Source: Alphaproteobacteria bacterium (GTDB lineage Bacteria > Pseudomonadota > Alphaproteobacteria > JAUHZY01). From it: 64,000 bases of DNA. The translations under genes were made by a program, and so were the position numbers. The notes below the pieces were generated by a model that had not been told where the DNA came from, did not search any database, and saw only the letters and a program-made list of their open reading frames with translations. The stretch covers positions 838,834 through 902,833 of the forward strand of contig JAUHZY010000001.1 in assembly GCA_030425825.1 (NCBI GenBank), in the 5' to 3' direction. Positions 1 through 8,722 of the stretch are shown here, in pieces (positions within the stretch are counted from its first letter, which is position 1; each line of letters starts with the position of its first letter).

Positions 1-840
1 GAAGAAGAATCTGATCAAGACACGCTTGAAGAAGCTGAAAAAGCCATTCTGGACTTAAAAGAGCAAGCTGCCAAAAAACAACTCGAAACGCTTCTTTCCG
101 GAGAAGCTGACGCCAACGACTGTTACCTAGAAATTAACTCGGGAGCAGGTGGAACAGAATCTCAAGACTGGACAGAAATGTTGCTACGAATGTATATGCG
201 GTGGGCTGATGCACGTGGATTTAAAACTGAGTATATCGAAGAAACAGCAGGCGATGAAGCTGGCATTAAGTCAGTAACACTTAGAATATCTGGTGAAAAT
301 GCTTATGGATGGTTAAAAACGGAAAGCGGCGTACATCGTCTGGTTAGAATATCGCCTTTTGATTCAAATGCCCGACGCCATACAAGCTTTTCATCTGTAT
401 GGATTTTTCCTGTTATTGACGAAAATATTGACATTGAAATTGAAGAAAAAGACCTACGCATTGATACATACCGAGCATCAGGCGCTGGCGGCCAGCACGT
501 CAACACAACAGATAGTGCCGTACGCATCACACATATTCCCACAAACATTGTTGTTCAGTGTCAAAATGATCGCTCACAACACCGCAACAAAGCAACAGCC
601 TTGCAAATGTTAAAAGCACGAATTTATGAGCTTGAGCTTCAAAAAAAGGAAGAAGCCGCGTCAAATCAAAATGCAGAAAAAACAGATATTGGCTGGGGCC
701 ACCAAATACGTTCATATGTTTTACACCCCTATCAAATGGTAAAAGATCTTCGAACAAATGTGGAAACAGGAAACACGGCAGCCGTTTTAGATGGTAAGAT
801 AGACCTTTTTCTAGAAGCCTCTCTTGCCAATAAAGTTTAA
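1..840 (+). CDS. prfB: Peptide chain release factor 2 (5' end outside window)
   Basis: Frame open from base 1 ([14 protein letters not shown]...[10 protein letters not shown]); SPF anticodon-mimic motif, GGQHVN and GWGHQIRSY motifs. Confidence 0.97.
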   Translation, partial: EEESDQDTLEEAEKAILDLKEQAAKKQLETLLSGEADANDCYLEINSGAGGTESQDWTEMLLRMYMRWADARGFKTEYIEETAGDEAGIKSVTLRISGENAYGWLKTESGVHRLVRISPFDSNARRHTSFSSVWIFPVIDENIDIEIEEKDLRIDTYRASGAGGQHVNTTDSAVRITHIPTNIVVQCQNDRSQHRNKATALQMLKARIYELELQKKEEAASNQNAEKTDIGWGHQIRSYVLHPYQMVKDLRTNVETGNTAAVLDGKIDLFLEASLANKV

Positions 841-854
841 AAGATACAATTTTA

Positions 855-873
855 GTTGCAAGTAATTATTAAT
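855..873. promoter_or_regulatory. Possible Fur-like iron box overlapping the promoter of the Fe3+ ABC operon
   Basis: GTTGCAAGTAATTATTAAT, imperfect AT-rich 19-bp palindrome (10/14 to TGATAATnATTATCA on the reverse strand), about 50 bp upstream of the iron-binding protein gene. Confidence 0.4.
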
Positions 874-919
874 ATACGTATACATAATCTGGTGAAACAA
901 TCTTTATAAGGAATAGAAA

Positions 920-1942
920 ATGAAAAGAATCTTTTTAGCTCTCGTTATTTGTCTGGCTATTTTTGCTCAAGATATGAATGCAAACGCAAGTTCAAAAGAA
1001 GTAAACGTTTATTCTTACCGCAAAAAACACCTTATTAAGCCAATCTTACAAGGGTTTACTGAAAAAACAGGTATTAAAGTTAACCTTATTACTGGAAAGG
1101 CTGACGCTCTTTTTGAAAGGATCAAAGCAGAAGGTAAGAATTCTCCTGCAGATATTCTCCTTACGACCGATGCAGGTAGGCTTGTCCGCGCAAAAAAAGC
1201 AGGCATCTTGCAAGCGGTTCAATCTAAAGAGCTAGATCATATTCCAAGTCAATACAATGATGATGAAGGTTACTGGTACGGCTTATCAAAACGTGCACGC
1301 GTCATCTTTTATGCAAAAGATCGCGTTGATGTGAAGGACTTATCAACTTACGAAGACCTTGCAAGCGACAAATGGAAAAATAAAATATGCATTCGTTCGT
1401 CAAGCAATGTGTACAACCAGTCTCTTCTCTCTTCAATTATTGCGAACGAAGGTACGGAGAAAGCAAAAAAATGGGCTCAAGGTATTGTTCAAAACATGGC
1501 CCGCAAACCGCAAGGTGGAGACCGCGATCAGCTTCGTGCCATCGCAGCAGGCCAATGTGACATTGCGGTTGCAAACACATACTACTATGGATCGATGATT
1601 GAAAGCAGCAAAAAGTCTGACCAAGAAGCCGCACAAAAAGTAGGCATCTTCTGGCCAAACCAAGCAGATCGTGGCGCGCATATCAATGTTAGTGGTGTTG
1701 CGTTAACTAAATCTTCAAAAAATAAAGAAAACGCCATTAAGCTGATGGAATATCTTGCGAGCAAAGATGTCCAAGCTAAGTACGCGGAACTGGTTTATGA
1801 ATACCCTGTGATTGCTGATGTTGAGCTATCTCCAGTTGTTAAAAGCTTTGGCTCTTTTAAAGCTGACAACCTTGATCTTTCAAAACTGGCGAACCATTAC
1901 ATTGGCGCGTTGAAAATATTTGATGAAGTTAAATGGAAATAG
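920..1942 (+). CDS. Fe(3+) ABC transporter periplasmic binding protein (FbpA/FutA family)
   Basis: Signal peptide; VNVYSYR, EGKNSPAD, NVYNQSL, ANTYYYG tyrosine iron ligands, GAHINVSG. Confidence 0.93.
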   Translation: MKRIFLALVICLAIFAQDMNANASSKEVNVYSYRKKHLIKPILQGFTEKTGIKVNLITGKADALFERIKAEGKNSPADILLTTDAGRLVRAKKAGILQAVQSKELDHIPSQYNDDEGYWYGLSKRARVIFYAKDRVDVKDLSTYEDLASDKWKNKICIRSSSNVYNQSLLSSIIANEGTEKAKKWAQGIVQNMARKPQGGDRDQLRAIAAGQCDIAVANTYYYGSMIESSKKSDQEAAQKVGIFWPNQADRGAHINVSGVALTKSSKNKENAIKLMEYLASKDVQAKYAELVYEYPVIADVELSPVVKSFGSFKADNLDLSKLANHYIGALKIFDEVKWK

Positions 1943-3597
1943 CCAAACAACGACCTTTAGGTTTTGATGTATTTGCAAAAGCACTTTCTTTAAAAAGAAA
2001 GTGCTTTTCGTTGCAGCAATGGCCAACAATAGGCTTTGGGCTTAGCCTATTCATTGCGTTTCCCATCTTGAGTGTTGCTGGGTCTTTTTTCTTCCCCAAA
2101 AAAGATATTTGGGAACACTTAATCAGTACAGTTTTACAGACATATATCTATAACTCTTTTTTAATGCTTTTTGTAACAGGTATCGGCGTTGGTATTATTG
2201 GAACAATTACGGCATGGATTGTCACACGATGTGATTTTCGAGGTAAAAATATTTATGAATTTCTTCTCCTACTACCACTCACAGCACCCGCTTATGTTAT
2301 TTCTTTTACATATAGTGGCCTTCTTGATTTTGCAGGGCCTATTCAGTCGTATTTAAGAGATCACGGCTATACAACAGGATGGTTTCCTGAGTTACATTCT
2401 TTGGGTGGTGCTTGCTTTATCTATATTTTTGTATTTTATCCATATGTCTACTTGATGACCCGCGCAGCATTTATGGAACAATCTTGCGGCATCTTAGAAG
2501 CAAGTCGTATTTTCGGCTGCACAAGGATACAAGCATTTCGCCGCATTACTTTTCCGTATATCCGCCCTGCATTAGCCGTTGGGGTTTCACTTGCATTTAT
2601 GGAAGTTTTAAGCTCTTTCGCGACATTAGAATATTTTGGTGTGGAAAGTTTTGTCACCGGCGTTTATCGCATTTGGGCAGGATATGGAGACGTCGTATCG
2701 GCATCACAAATTTCTGCAATTCTCATGTTTTTTATGCTTTCTCTCACATGGTTTGAGCGTTTTTCTCGACGCAAAGTGAAGTACTATCAAAAAGACCAAT
2801 GCTGTGATCGTATTCCGCGCATTAAATTAAAAGGATGGCAAAAATTTGCTGCTCACCTTACTTGCCTAACGCCTGTTTTAATAGGATTCTTCATTCCTGT
2901 CGCAACATTGACATATAACACATTTTCTGACTTTTCTTGGCTTCATACAGAGCTTCTTTCCGCAGCCTTTAACAGCTTCTCACTTTCAGCCATAAGCGCC
3001 CTCTTTATTGTCTCTGCAAGCCTTATTATGGCCTATGCATACAGAAATACGTCTTCACCTTTAATACGCTCTTTTATTCGCTTTTCAACATATGGATATG
3101 CCCTACCAGGAACGATTTTAGCCGTCGGCGTCCTCTTAATGCTGACATTTTTAAATACTGAATGGACATATTTCTTTATGAGCGGCTCTGTTATTGCACT
3201 TGTCTTGACCTATCTTGTAAGGTTTACTGCTATTTCTTATGGAACAATTGAGTCTAGCTTCCAAAATATCTCACCCAACCTTGAAGAAGCTTCACGCATT
3301 TTAGGGAAGTCACGCTGGACGACTCTTAAACTGATCTACAAACCTCTTATGACCCCCAGCCTTGGTACAGCAGCATTACTTGTCTTTGTTGAAGTCATGA
3401 AAGAGTTACCTGCGACCCTTATCCTTCGACCGTTTAACTTCCCAACACTTTCCATTTACACATATGAGCTGGCAACAGATGAAAGACTTCTTGAATCTGC
3501 CCCCTCATCCCTTATGATCGTCTTGGTTGGTCTTTTACCCCTTCTTTTGATTACACGCTTAACAGCCCACACATTCATGCGAAAGGTTGCATCATAA
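1933..3597 (+). CDS. Fe(3+) ABC transporter permease (FbpB/FutB family)
   Basis: Two repeated TM halves with EAS..G loops, YPYVY, MKELPATLILRPFNF. Confidence 0.92.
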   Translation: MEIAKQRPLGFDVFAKALSLKRKCFSLQQWPTIGFGLSLFIAFPILSVAGSFFFPKKDIWEHLISTVLQTYIYNSFLMLFVTGIGVGIIGTITAWIVTRCDFRGKNIYEFLLLLPLTAPAYVISFTYSGLLDFAGPIQSYLRDHGYTTGWFPELHSLGGACFIYIFVFYPYVYLMTRAAFMEQSCGILEASRIFGCTRIQAFRRITFPYIRPALAVGVSLAFMEVLSSFATLEYFGVESFVTGVYRIWAGYGDVVSASQISAILMFFMLSLTWFERFSRRKVKYYQKDQCCDRIPRIKLKGWQKFAAHLTCLTPVLIGFFIPVATLTYNTFSDFSWLHTELLSAAFNSFSLSAISALFIVSASLIMAYAYRNTSSPLIRSFIRFSTYGYALPGTILAVGVLLMLTFLNTEWTYFFMSGSVIALVLTYLVRFTAISYGTIESSFQNISPNLEEASRILGKSRWTTLKLIYKPLMTPSLGTAALLVFVEVMKELPATLILRPFNFPTLSIYTYELATDERLLESAPSSLMIVLVGLLPLLLITRLTAHTFMRKVAS

Positions 3598-3599
3598 AG

Positions 3600-4631
3600 A
3601 TGAGCAGACTTATTCTAGAAAATATTTCTTTTAAAACAAGCAACGGCGAAACGATCGTCAAAGATATTTCTTTTGATGTTAAACGCGGTGAAACAGTTGC
3701 ACTCCTCGGACCCTCCGGAAGTGGGAAGACATCTACTTTAAGGCTTATTGCGGGGCTGGAAAACCCTTATGGTGGTACTATATCAATTGATGGAAAAGTC
3801 ATTTCCAACAAGATGACGACACTTCCGCCTGAGCAGAGAAAGCTGGGTATGGTGTTTCAAGATTTTGCCCTTTTCCCTCATTTAACAGTTTTAGAAAATG
3901 TTTTATTTGGGCTGAAAGATGCCTCAAAACACAAAAAATATGCAAAGGACCTCCTTCATCAACTTAATCTTTCAGAATTTGTAGACCACTACCCTCATAT
4001 GCTATCGGGTGGACAACAACAACGTGTCGCACTTGCAAGAGCACTTGCCCCCAAACCGAAAGTTCTTTTAATGGATGAGCCTTTCTCAGGGCTTGATGGA
4101 CCGCTAAGAAGGCAAGTCCGTAATGACATGCACAAACTTCTACATGCGGAAGATGTGACAGCAGTTTTTGTGACACATGATGCTCCCGAAGCAGGAATTA
4201 TGTCTGACAACCTTGTTATCATGAATAAAGGAACAATCATACAAACAGGAACAATGGAAGATGTAAACAAGGCACCAGCCAACGGATTCGTCTTTAACCT
4301 TCTTGGGGAAGTGAATAAAATTCCATGTAAGGCTATTTCTGGCAAGGTTGAATCACCCTTTGGCACACTTCCGACAACAAAAGAAAACGGTAATGTGGTT
4401 GTCAGCTTTAGACCTCAAGCCGTACAGGTTGCAGCAAAACAAAAGAACACAATAGAAACACAAATCATTGATAAGCACTCAATGGATGGGTATGTCACGT
4501 TACTGAAAGTTAAGCTGCCTTATGTTGATACACTTATCAATATCTCAACAATGGTAAGAGACCTCCCTGAACGCGGAGAAAAGCTTTCTATTTTTCTTGC
4601 AAAAAAAGATCTTTTTGTGTTTGCAGCTTAA
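3600..4631 (+). CDS. Fe(3+) ABC transporter ATP-binding protein (FbpC family)
   Basis: Walker A GPSGSGKT, VFQDFALFPH, signature LSGGQQQR, Walker B LLMDEP. Confidence 0.92.
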   Translation: MSRLILENISFKTSNGETIVKDISFDVKRGETVALLGPSGSGKTSTLRLIAGLENPYGGTISIDGKVISNKMTTLPPEQRKLGMVFQDFALFPHLTVLENVLFGLKDASKHKKYAKDLLHQLNLSEFVDHYPHMLSGGQQQRVALARALAPKPKVLLMDEPFSGLDGPLRRQVRNDMHKLLHAEDVTAVFVTHDAPEAGIMSDNLVIMNKGTIIQTGTMEDVNKAPANGFVFNLLGEVNKIPCKAISGKVESPFGTLPTTKENGNVVVSFRPQAVQVAAKQKNTIETQIIDKHSMDGYVTLLKVKLPYVDTLINISTMVRDLPERGEKLSIFLAKKDLFVFAA

Positions 4632-5092
4632 TATTTTTCTTCAAGTTTTTTGCGAATTAAGTGGTCAATAGAGTACTCACCTGCACCGCGCACGATAATA
4701 CGCCCAAGCAAAATTGCCCAGTAAACGTGCTCAACACTGTCTAAATATGTGAACTGGATAACTGCTGTCATGATAAGCAAGGGAATTGCAGCAAAGCGTG
4801 CACCTAAACCTATTAAAAGGAGAACTGGAGCAATTAGCTCTGCCCCTGTCGCCATCACTGCAGCAAAATCGGATGGCAAGAAAGGCACTTGGTATTCTTC
4901 AGAAAATAATAGTAGCGTCGTACTCCAGCTTGTTAACTTGACAAGCCCTGAATGAAAAAAGATGTCTGCAATCCAAATTCTAATGACGACATCCAAAGCC
5001 GGTCTCACACGTGTTTCAAGAACCCTAAATACCGAAAAAACTTTATCTATTGGAAGCCTTTTGGATAAAAAATCTGCGCAATTAGAAATCAT
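4628..5092 (-). CDS. DoxX family membrane protein (BufD-like)
   Basis: RIWIADIFFHSGLVKL, LFSEEYQVP, ELIAPVLLLIGLGARFAA, GAGEYSIDH; typical DUF692-associated DoxX. Confidence 0.88.
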   Translation of the reverse strand: MISNCADFLSKRLPIDKVFSVFRVLETRVRPALDVVIRIWIADIFFHSGLVKLTSWSTTLLLFSEEYQVPFLPSDFAAVMATGAELIAPVLLLIGLGARFAAIPLLIMTAVIQFTYLDSVEHVYWAILLGRIIVRGAGEYSIDHLIRKKLEEKY

Positions 5093-5099
5093 TTCACAC

Positions 5100-5891
5100 C
5101 TATATGTTAACAGCCGTCACAACATCAATAAAATCTGTTAAGGTCTGTTGTGGATTAAAATCTTCACCAACCTTTTGTGCATCTTCAATCGCTTTACCAA
5201 GCTTCTTATGGTCATATAATGAATTAAGAAACTTAAAATCTGCCTTGTGTAGATGACGCACCTCAACATCCAGCTCAGGGCGCACAATAAAACTCCAACA
5301 AGGGCCATCATCTAAGCTGATCTCCTGTGGAGTATTATCCTGCAAGTTCGCCTGCCATATCTTATGAACAGGATATGGTGAATAAAAAAGACGACTAGAT
5401 GGATGAAACTGGAACCTAAGCTCGCCATAAGAGTCTTGTAAGAAACTTTCAAGATCTGACTTATCTACTGGCTTAGCATCTGCTTCGTGAAAGGCTTCAT
5501 TGATAAGCCACTCAAAACGCCCAACATCCCTTAAATACAATAGCTTTTGCACCTCGGGGCGCACACTAACAAAAGATGGAAAGTCTTCACCAAACTCAAC
5601 AAGGCAACCACTTTTGGGTGGGTTTGAATAAACATATTCATGTGCGACATGCTCAAAATAATCATCACCAACCAAACGCCTTAAAACAGGATAAATTTCT
5701 TTTAGCGCTTCAGTCAGTGTAATAAAAAAATTGTTTTTGTGGATCTGCGTTCGTTCTGCCGCACCAATTTCGTCAGGGTGTATGTGGCTTTCAAATTTAC
5801 TTTCTGTATCTTGTCCCAAAATATGGACATAGAAAGCGGCTTGCAAAACCTCTAAAGGAAGACCAGATGATTTACCATGCTCAAAATTCAT
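5100..5891 (-). CDS. DUF2063 domain protein (BufC/HvfC-like MNIO partner); likely start at ATG 5891
   Basis: IHKNN..TLTEALKEIYPVLRRLVGDDYF, FGEDFPSF, YLRDVGRFEW, SPYPVHKIWQAN. Confidence 0.85.
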   Translation of the reverse strand: MNFEHGKSSGLPLEVLQAAFYVHILGQDTESKFESHIHPDEIGAAERTQIHKNNFFITLTEALKEIYPVLRRLVGDDYFEHVAHEYVYSNPPKSGCLVEFGEDFPSFVSVRPEVQKLLYLRDVGRFEWLINEAFHEADAKPVDKSDLESFLQDSYGELRFQFHPSSRLFYSPYPVHKIWQANLQDNTPQEISLDDGPCWSFIVRPELDVEVRHLHKADFKFLNSLYDHKKLGKAIEDAQKVGEDFNPQQTLTDFIDVVTAVNI

Positions 5892-6040
5892 AACCGAAGT
5901 GTAGCGAATAAAAAGAAATGAGACAAATAAATTATTATCCACACCAACCATCATCCAGAACAAGAAACAAATGGAAAACAATTAAGCAAATGATAATACT
6001 AGAAAATATTAAACCCTAACATATCCCAAAAGCACACGCA

Positions 6041-6069
6041 TTGATTGTTTAGAGAAAATGTAGTATACT
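6041..6069 (+). promoter_or_regulatory. Sigma-70-type promoter of the orphan HEXXH gene
   Basis: TTGATT-17bp-TATACT. Confidence 0.6.
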
Positions 6070-6106
6070 CTTAGGAAGAACAAAATACTCTTAAGGGAGA
6101 AGTAGA

Positions 6107-7264
6107 ATGCAGAATACGGGAAAACATATTTCTAAAAAATATAGTCTACTTAAAAAACTTGCACAAAAAGGAAAAATCACCCCTGAGTTTGTTTTGCGCA
6201 TGGCCTATGGCTCTGAAGCCTATAAAGACCTGGTTGCAAATATGGACGACAAAAAGAAAGAGCTTCTTAATAAACCAATTGATTTTCGTCTTAGCAACCC
6301 CAATGAAATAAGCAGTAACACTTTTGGATTTTATACACCGCGCGGCTCACAGCAACAGCCTGAAATAACGCTAAATCAGTTTTACGTAAACAACCCCAAA
6401 AGTCAGGAGTTTCCGATTACACTTCTTGCGCATGAGATGATTCATTATTTAGATGATGCCTCAGGCGAAAAAAGTAAGCCACAAGACCTTACAAAACGTC
6501 GACGAGAAACCCACAAGGCTATTCAAAAAACTGTGCGTTCAAAATCACAAGAAGATTTTACCAAAAACTACACAGCGGTCCTCAAAAGCCATTACGGCGA
6601 TGCAATGGCAGATGCCATTTTAGCAGATAAAGAGCATGCCCTTTCACAAGAGCAAGTTAACTATCAGCTTTCAAGTATTTCAAACTTTCTTTCTGGAAAA
6701 GAAGGTAATACTGGTTATGCATATAGCGTGAATTATCAAGAACTGAACTCTCGTATGACAGAGTTTATAACAGAGGTTTCCCGTTTTACAGGTAAGATGC
6801 CAAAGACACAGACCGATCTTGAGGCAACAATGATTGTTTCAGGCGTTGTTCTTCCACCATCAATCAAGCATAAATTAAAACATGATGCGGCATACAAACA
6901 AACCATTTTTAAATCTCTAGGGGTGAAAGATGGACACGAACTCAACAATTTAAGACAAGAGATACGCAATAGTGAAATTGCAAGTGGCGGCGCAGAAAAC
7001 CATATTAATGCAGCTCTAAAACAGTTTACTCCGAAGCAAAAAGAAGCTTTCTGGAAGGATGCCGCACCAAGAATCGCTCAACGCACGCTTGAGATTCAAG
7101 GTATGAAACAACAAGTTGCTCAAAAACGTTTCAAAGAAACACAGAACACAGAAGTGGCAAGCCTAAACAAGATGCTTAGCCAGCTTCATATTGACACATC
7201 TAATAAGGTAGATAACAAAGGCAAACCCGCCCTACAAAGACAAGCTCAAAAATCTCTAGCGTAA
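6107..7264 (+). CDS. Orphan protein with zincin-like HEXXH motif
   Basis: 385-aa ORF with RBS AAGGGAG; LLAHEMIHYLD plus downstream QELNSR candidate third ligand; own promoter and terminator. Confidence 0.65.
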   Translation: MQNTGKHISKKYSLLKKLAQKGKITPEFVLRMAYGSEAYKDLVANMDDKKKELLNKPIDFRLSNPNEISSNTFGFYTPRGSQQQPEITLNQFYVNNPKSQEFPITLLAHEMIHYLDDASGEKSKPQDLTKRRRETHKAIQKTVRSKSQEDFTKNYTAVLKSHYGDAMADAILADKEHALSQEQVNYQLSSISNFLSGKEGNTGYAYSVNYQELNSRMTEFITEVSRFTGKMPKTQTDLEATMIVSGVVLPPSIKHKLKHDAAYKQTIFKSLGVKDGHELNNLRQEIRNSEIASGGAENHINAALKQFTPKQKEAFWKDAAPRIAQRTLEIQGMKQQVAQKRFKETQNTEVASLNKMLSQLHIDTSNKVDNKGKPALQRQAQKSLA

Positions 7265-7288
7265 AGCAGCATTGTCTCAAAACAATTT

Positions 7289-7326
7289 AAAGGGGGCTCG
7301 TCTTAAAGATAAGCCCCTTATTTTTT
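7289..7326 (+). terminator. Rho-independent terminator
   Basis: AAGGGGGCT...AGCCCCTT hairpin followed by a T run. Confidence 0.7.
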
Positions 7327-7426
7327 ATAAAAACATCCAAAACTAAAATTAATTTCGTCTTTTTCTTTGCCTATATTATCGCAAAACTTTATAACTAAAC
7401 CTCAATTAAACTTAAGGAGAAGAGTT

Positions 7427-7675
7427 ATGAAGAAATCTACAATTGCAATTGCTGCTATGGCTGGTGTTTTGGCTGTAATGTCTGCGCCTAAATCTGCTGA
7501 AGCTGGCAAGAACGAAAAATGCTACGGCATTTCAAAAGCTGGGAAAAATGATTGTGCCACAGCGTCTTCTTCTTGTTCAGGAAGCGCTAAAGTAGACAAT
7601 CAAAAAGACGCATGGATTTACCTTCCAAAAGGAACTTGCGATAAAATCGTTGGCAGCAGCAAAGAATCTGCTTAA
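7427..7675 (+). CDS. DUF2282 family RiPP precursor (bufferin BufA1-like); start at ATG 7427
   Basis: RBS AAGGAG; Sec signal peptide; [15 protein letters not shown]...SCSG...[12 protein letters not shown] with four conserved Cys. Confidence 0.9.
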   Translation: MKKSTIAIAAMAGVLAVMSAPKSAEAGKNEKCYGISKAGKNDCATASSSCSGSAKVDNQKDAWIYLPKGTCDKIVGSSKESA

Positions 7676-8532
7676 TGCCTCATAAAGTTGACCCAATGCT
7701 GCCAAAAGATAATTTTGTCGGCATTGGTCTTCGCCCCCCTCATTTTAAAGAAATCCTCGAGAAAAAACCTTCTTCTGTTGGCTGGCTAGAGGTTCACGCC
7801 GAAAACTTTTTTGTAAAAGGCGGCCCGTCCCTCCATTATCTTAATAAAATACGCGAAAACTACCCCATAAGCCTTCATGGTGTTGCCCTATCTCTTGGCT
7901 CTCCTACTATTGATGAATCGCACTTAAGAAAACTCAAAAACCTTACTGAAGCCATTCAACCATTCCTTGTTTCTGAACATGTCTCATTCAGCCGTGTGGG
8001 TGATGTCTTTTTAAACGACCTTGTTGCCCTGCCTTATACAGAAGAATCATTAAAGATTATTTGTCAAAACATCGACCACGTGCAAAACGTTTTAAAACGC
8101 CAAATCCTTGTCGAAAATCCTTCACAATATATGCGCTATAAACATTCAACAATTCCTGAACACGACTTCCTCAACGAAATGGTTGAGCGCACAGGATGTG
8201 GTCTTCTTCTTGATATAAATAATGCTTATATCAGCGCAAAGAACTTCGGCCTTTCTACAGAAGAGTATTTAGAAAAGATAAAACATGACCATGTAAAAGA
8301 AATTCACCTTGCAGGACATGCCGTGAAAAAGCTAGACGACAAAAAAACCATTCGAATTGACGATCATGGGTCTGAAGTCTGCGATGATGTTTGGGCGCTG
8401 TTTGAAAACTACATCAAACCCTGCGCCACACCTCCACCTGTTCTTATTGAATGGGATACAGACATACCTAACCTGGACACCTTGCTTGAACAGGCTACAA
8501 TTGCAAAACAAAAAAGCATTCAGAAGCAATGA
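7675..8532 (+). CDS. DUF692 multinuclear non-heme iron oxidative enzyme (MNIO, BufB-like)
   Basis: GIGLRPPHF, LEVHAENF, SLHGVALSLG, SEH, VENPS, LLLDINN, EIHLAGH, IDDHG, LIEWD; TAATG overlap with the precursor gene. Confidence 0.93.
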   Translation: MPHKVDPMLPKDNFVGIGLRPPHFKEILEKKPSSVGWLEVHAENFFVKGGPSLHYLNKIRENYPISLHGVALSLGSPTIDESHLRKLKNLTEAIQPFLVSEHVSFSRVGDVFLNDLVALPYTEESLKIICQNIDHVQNVLKRQILVENPSQYMRYKHSTIPEHDFLNEMVERTGCGLLLDINNAYISAKNFGLSTEEYLEKIKHDHVKEIHLAGHAVKKLDDKKTIRIDDHGSEVCDDVWALFENYIKPCATPPPVLIEWDTDIPNLDTLLEQATIAKQKSIQKQ

Positions 8533-8578
8533 ATCATTGACCTTGAGCCTATTTCATGGCATTAACATCCCCTACAGT

Positions 8579-8689
8579 TGAGATAGCACTTGAGTGCAAA
8601 CTGTTTTTCTCTGGATTTCTTTCAGTGCCTTTCTGGGTTAGGCCTTGGAAAAAGTTCAGGATAACAGCTCTGCTCTCAAATCTATCTCA
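8579..8689 (+). promoter_or_regulatory. Long stem-loop in the pnp 5' leader (candidate RNase III autoregulatory site)
   Basis: Nested inverted repeats TGAGATAG/CTATCTCA, TTGAG/CTCAA, CTGTT/AACAG spanning about 110 nt. Confidence 0.6.
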
Positions 8690-8722
8690 TTTTTATAAAC
8701 ATATGAAAACGAGGTAATATTA

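Noticed and set aside
5935..5943. Single perfect DnaA box TTATCCACA upstream of the DUF2063 gene
   Set aside because: An isolated 9-mer is expected by chance in 64 kb of AT-rich DNA
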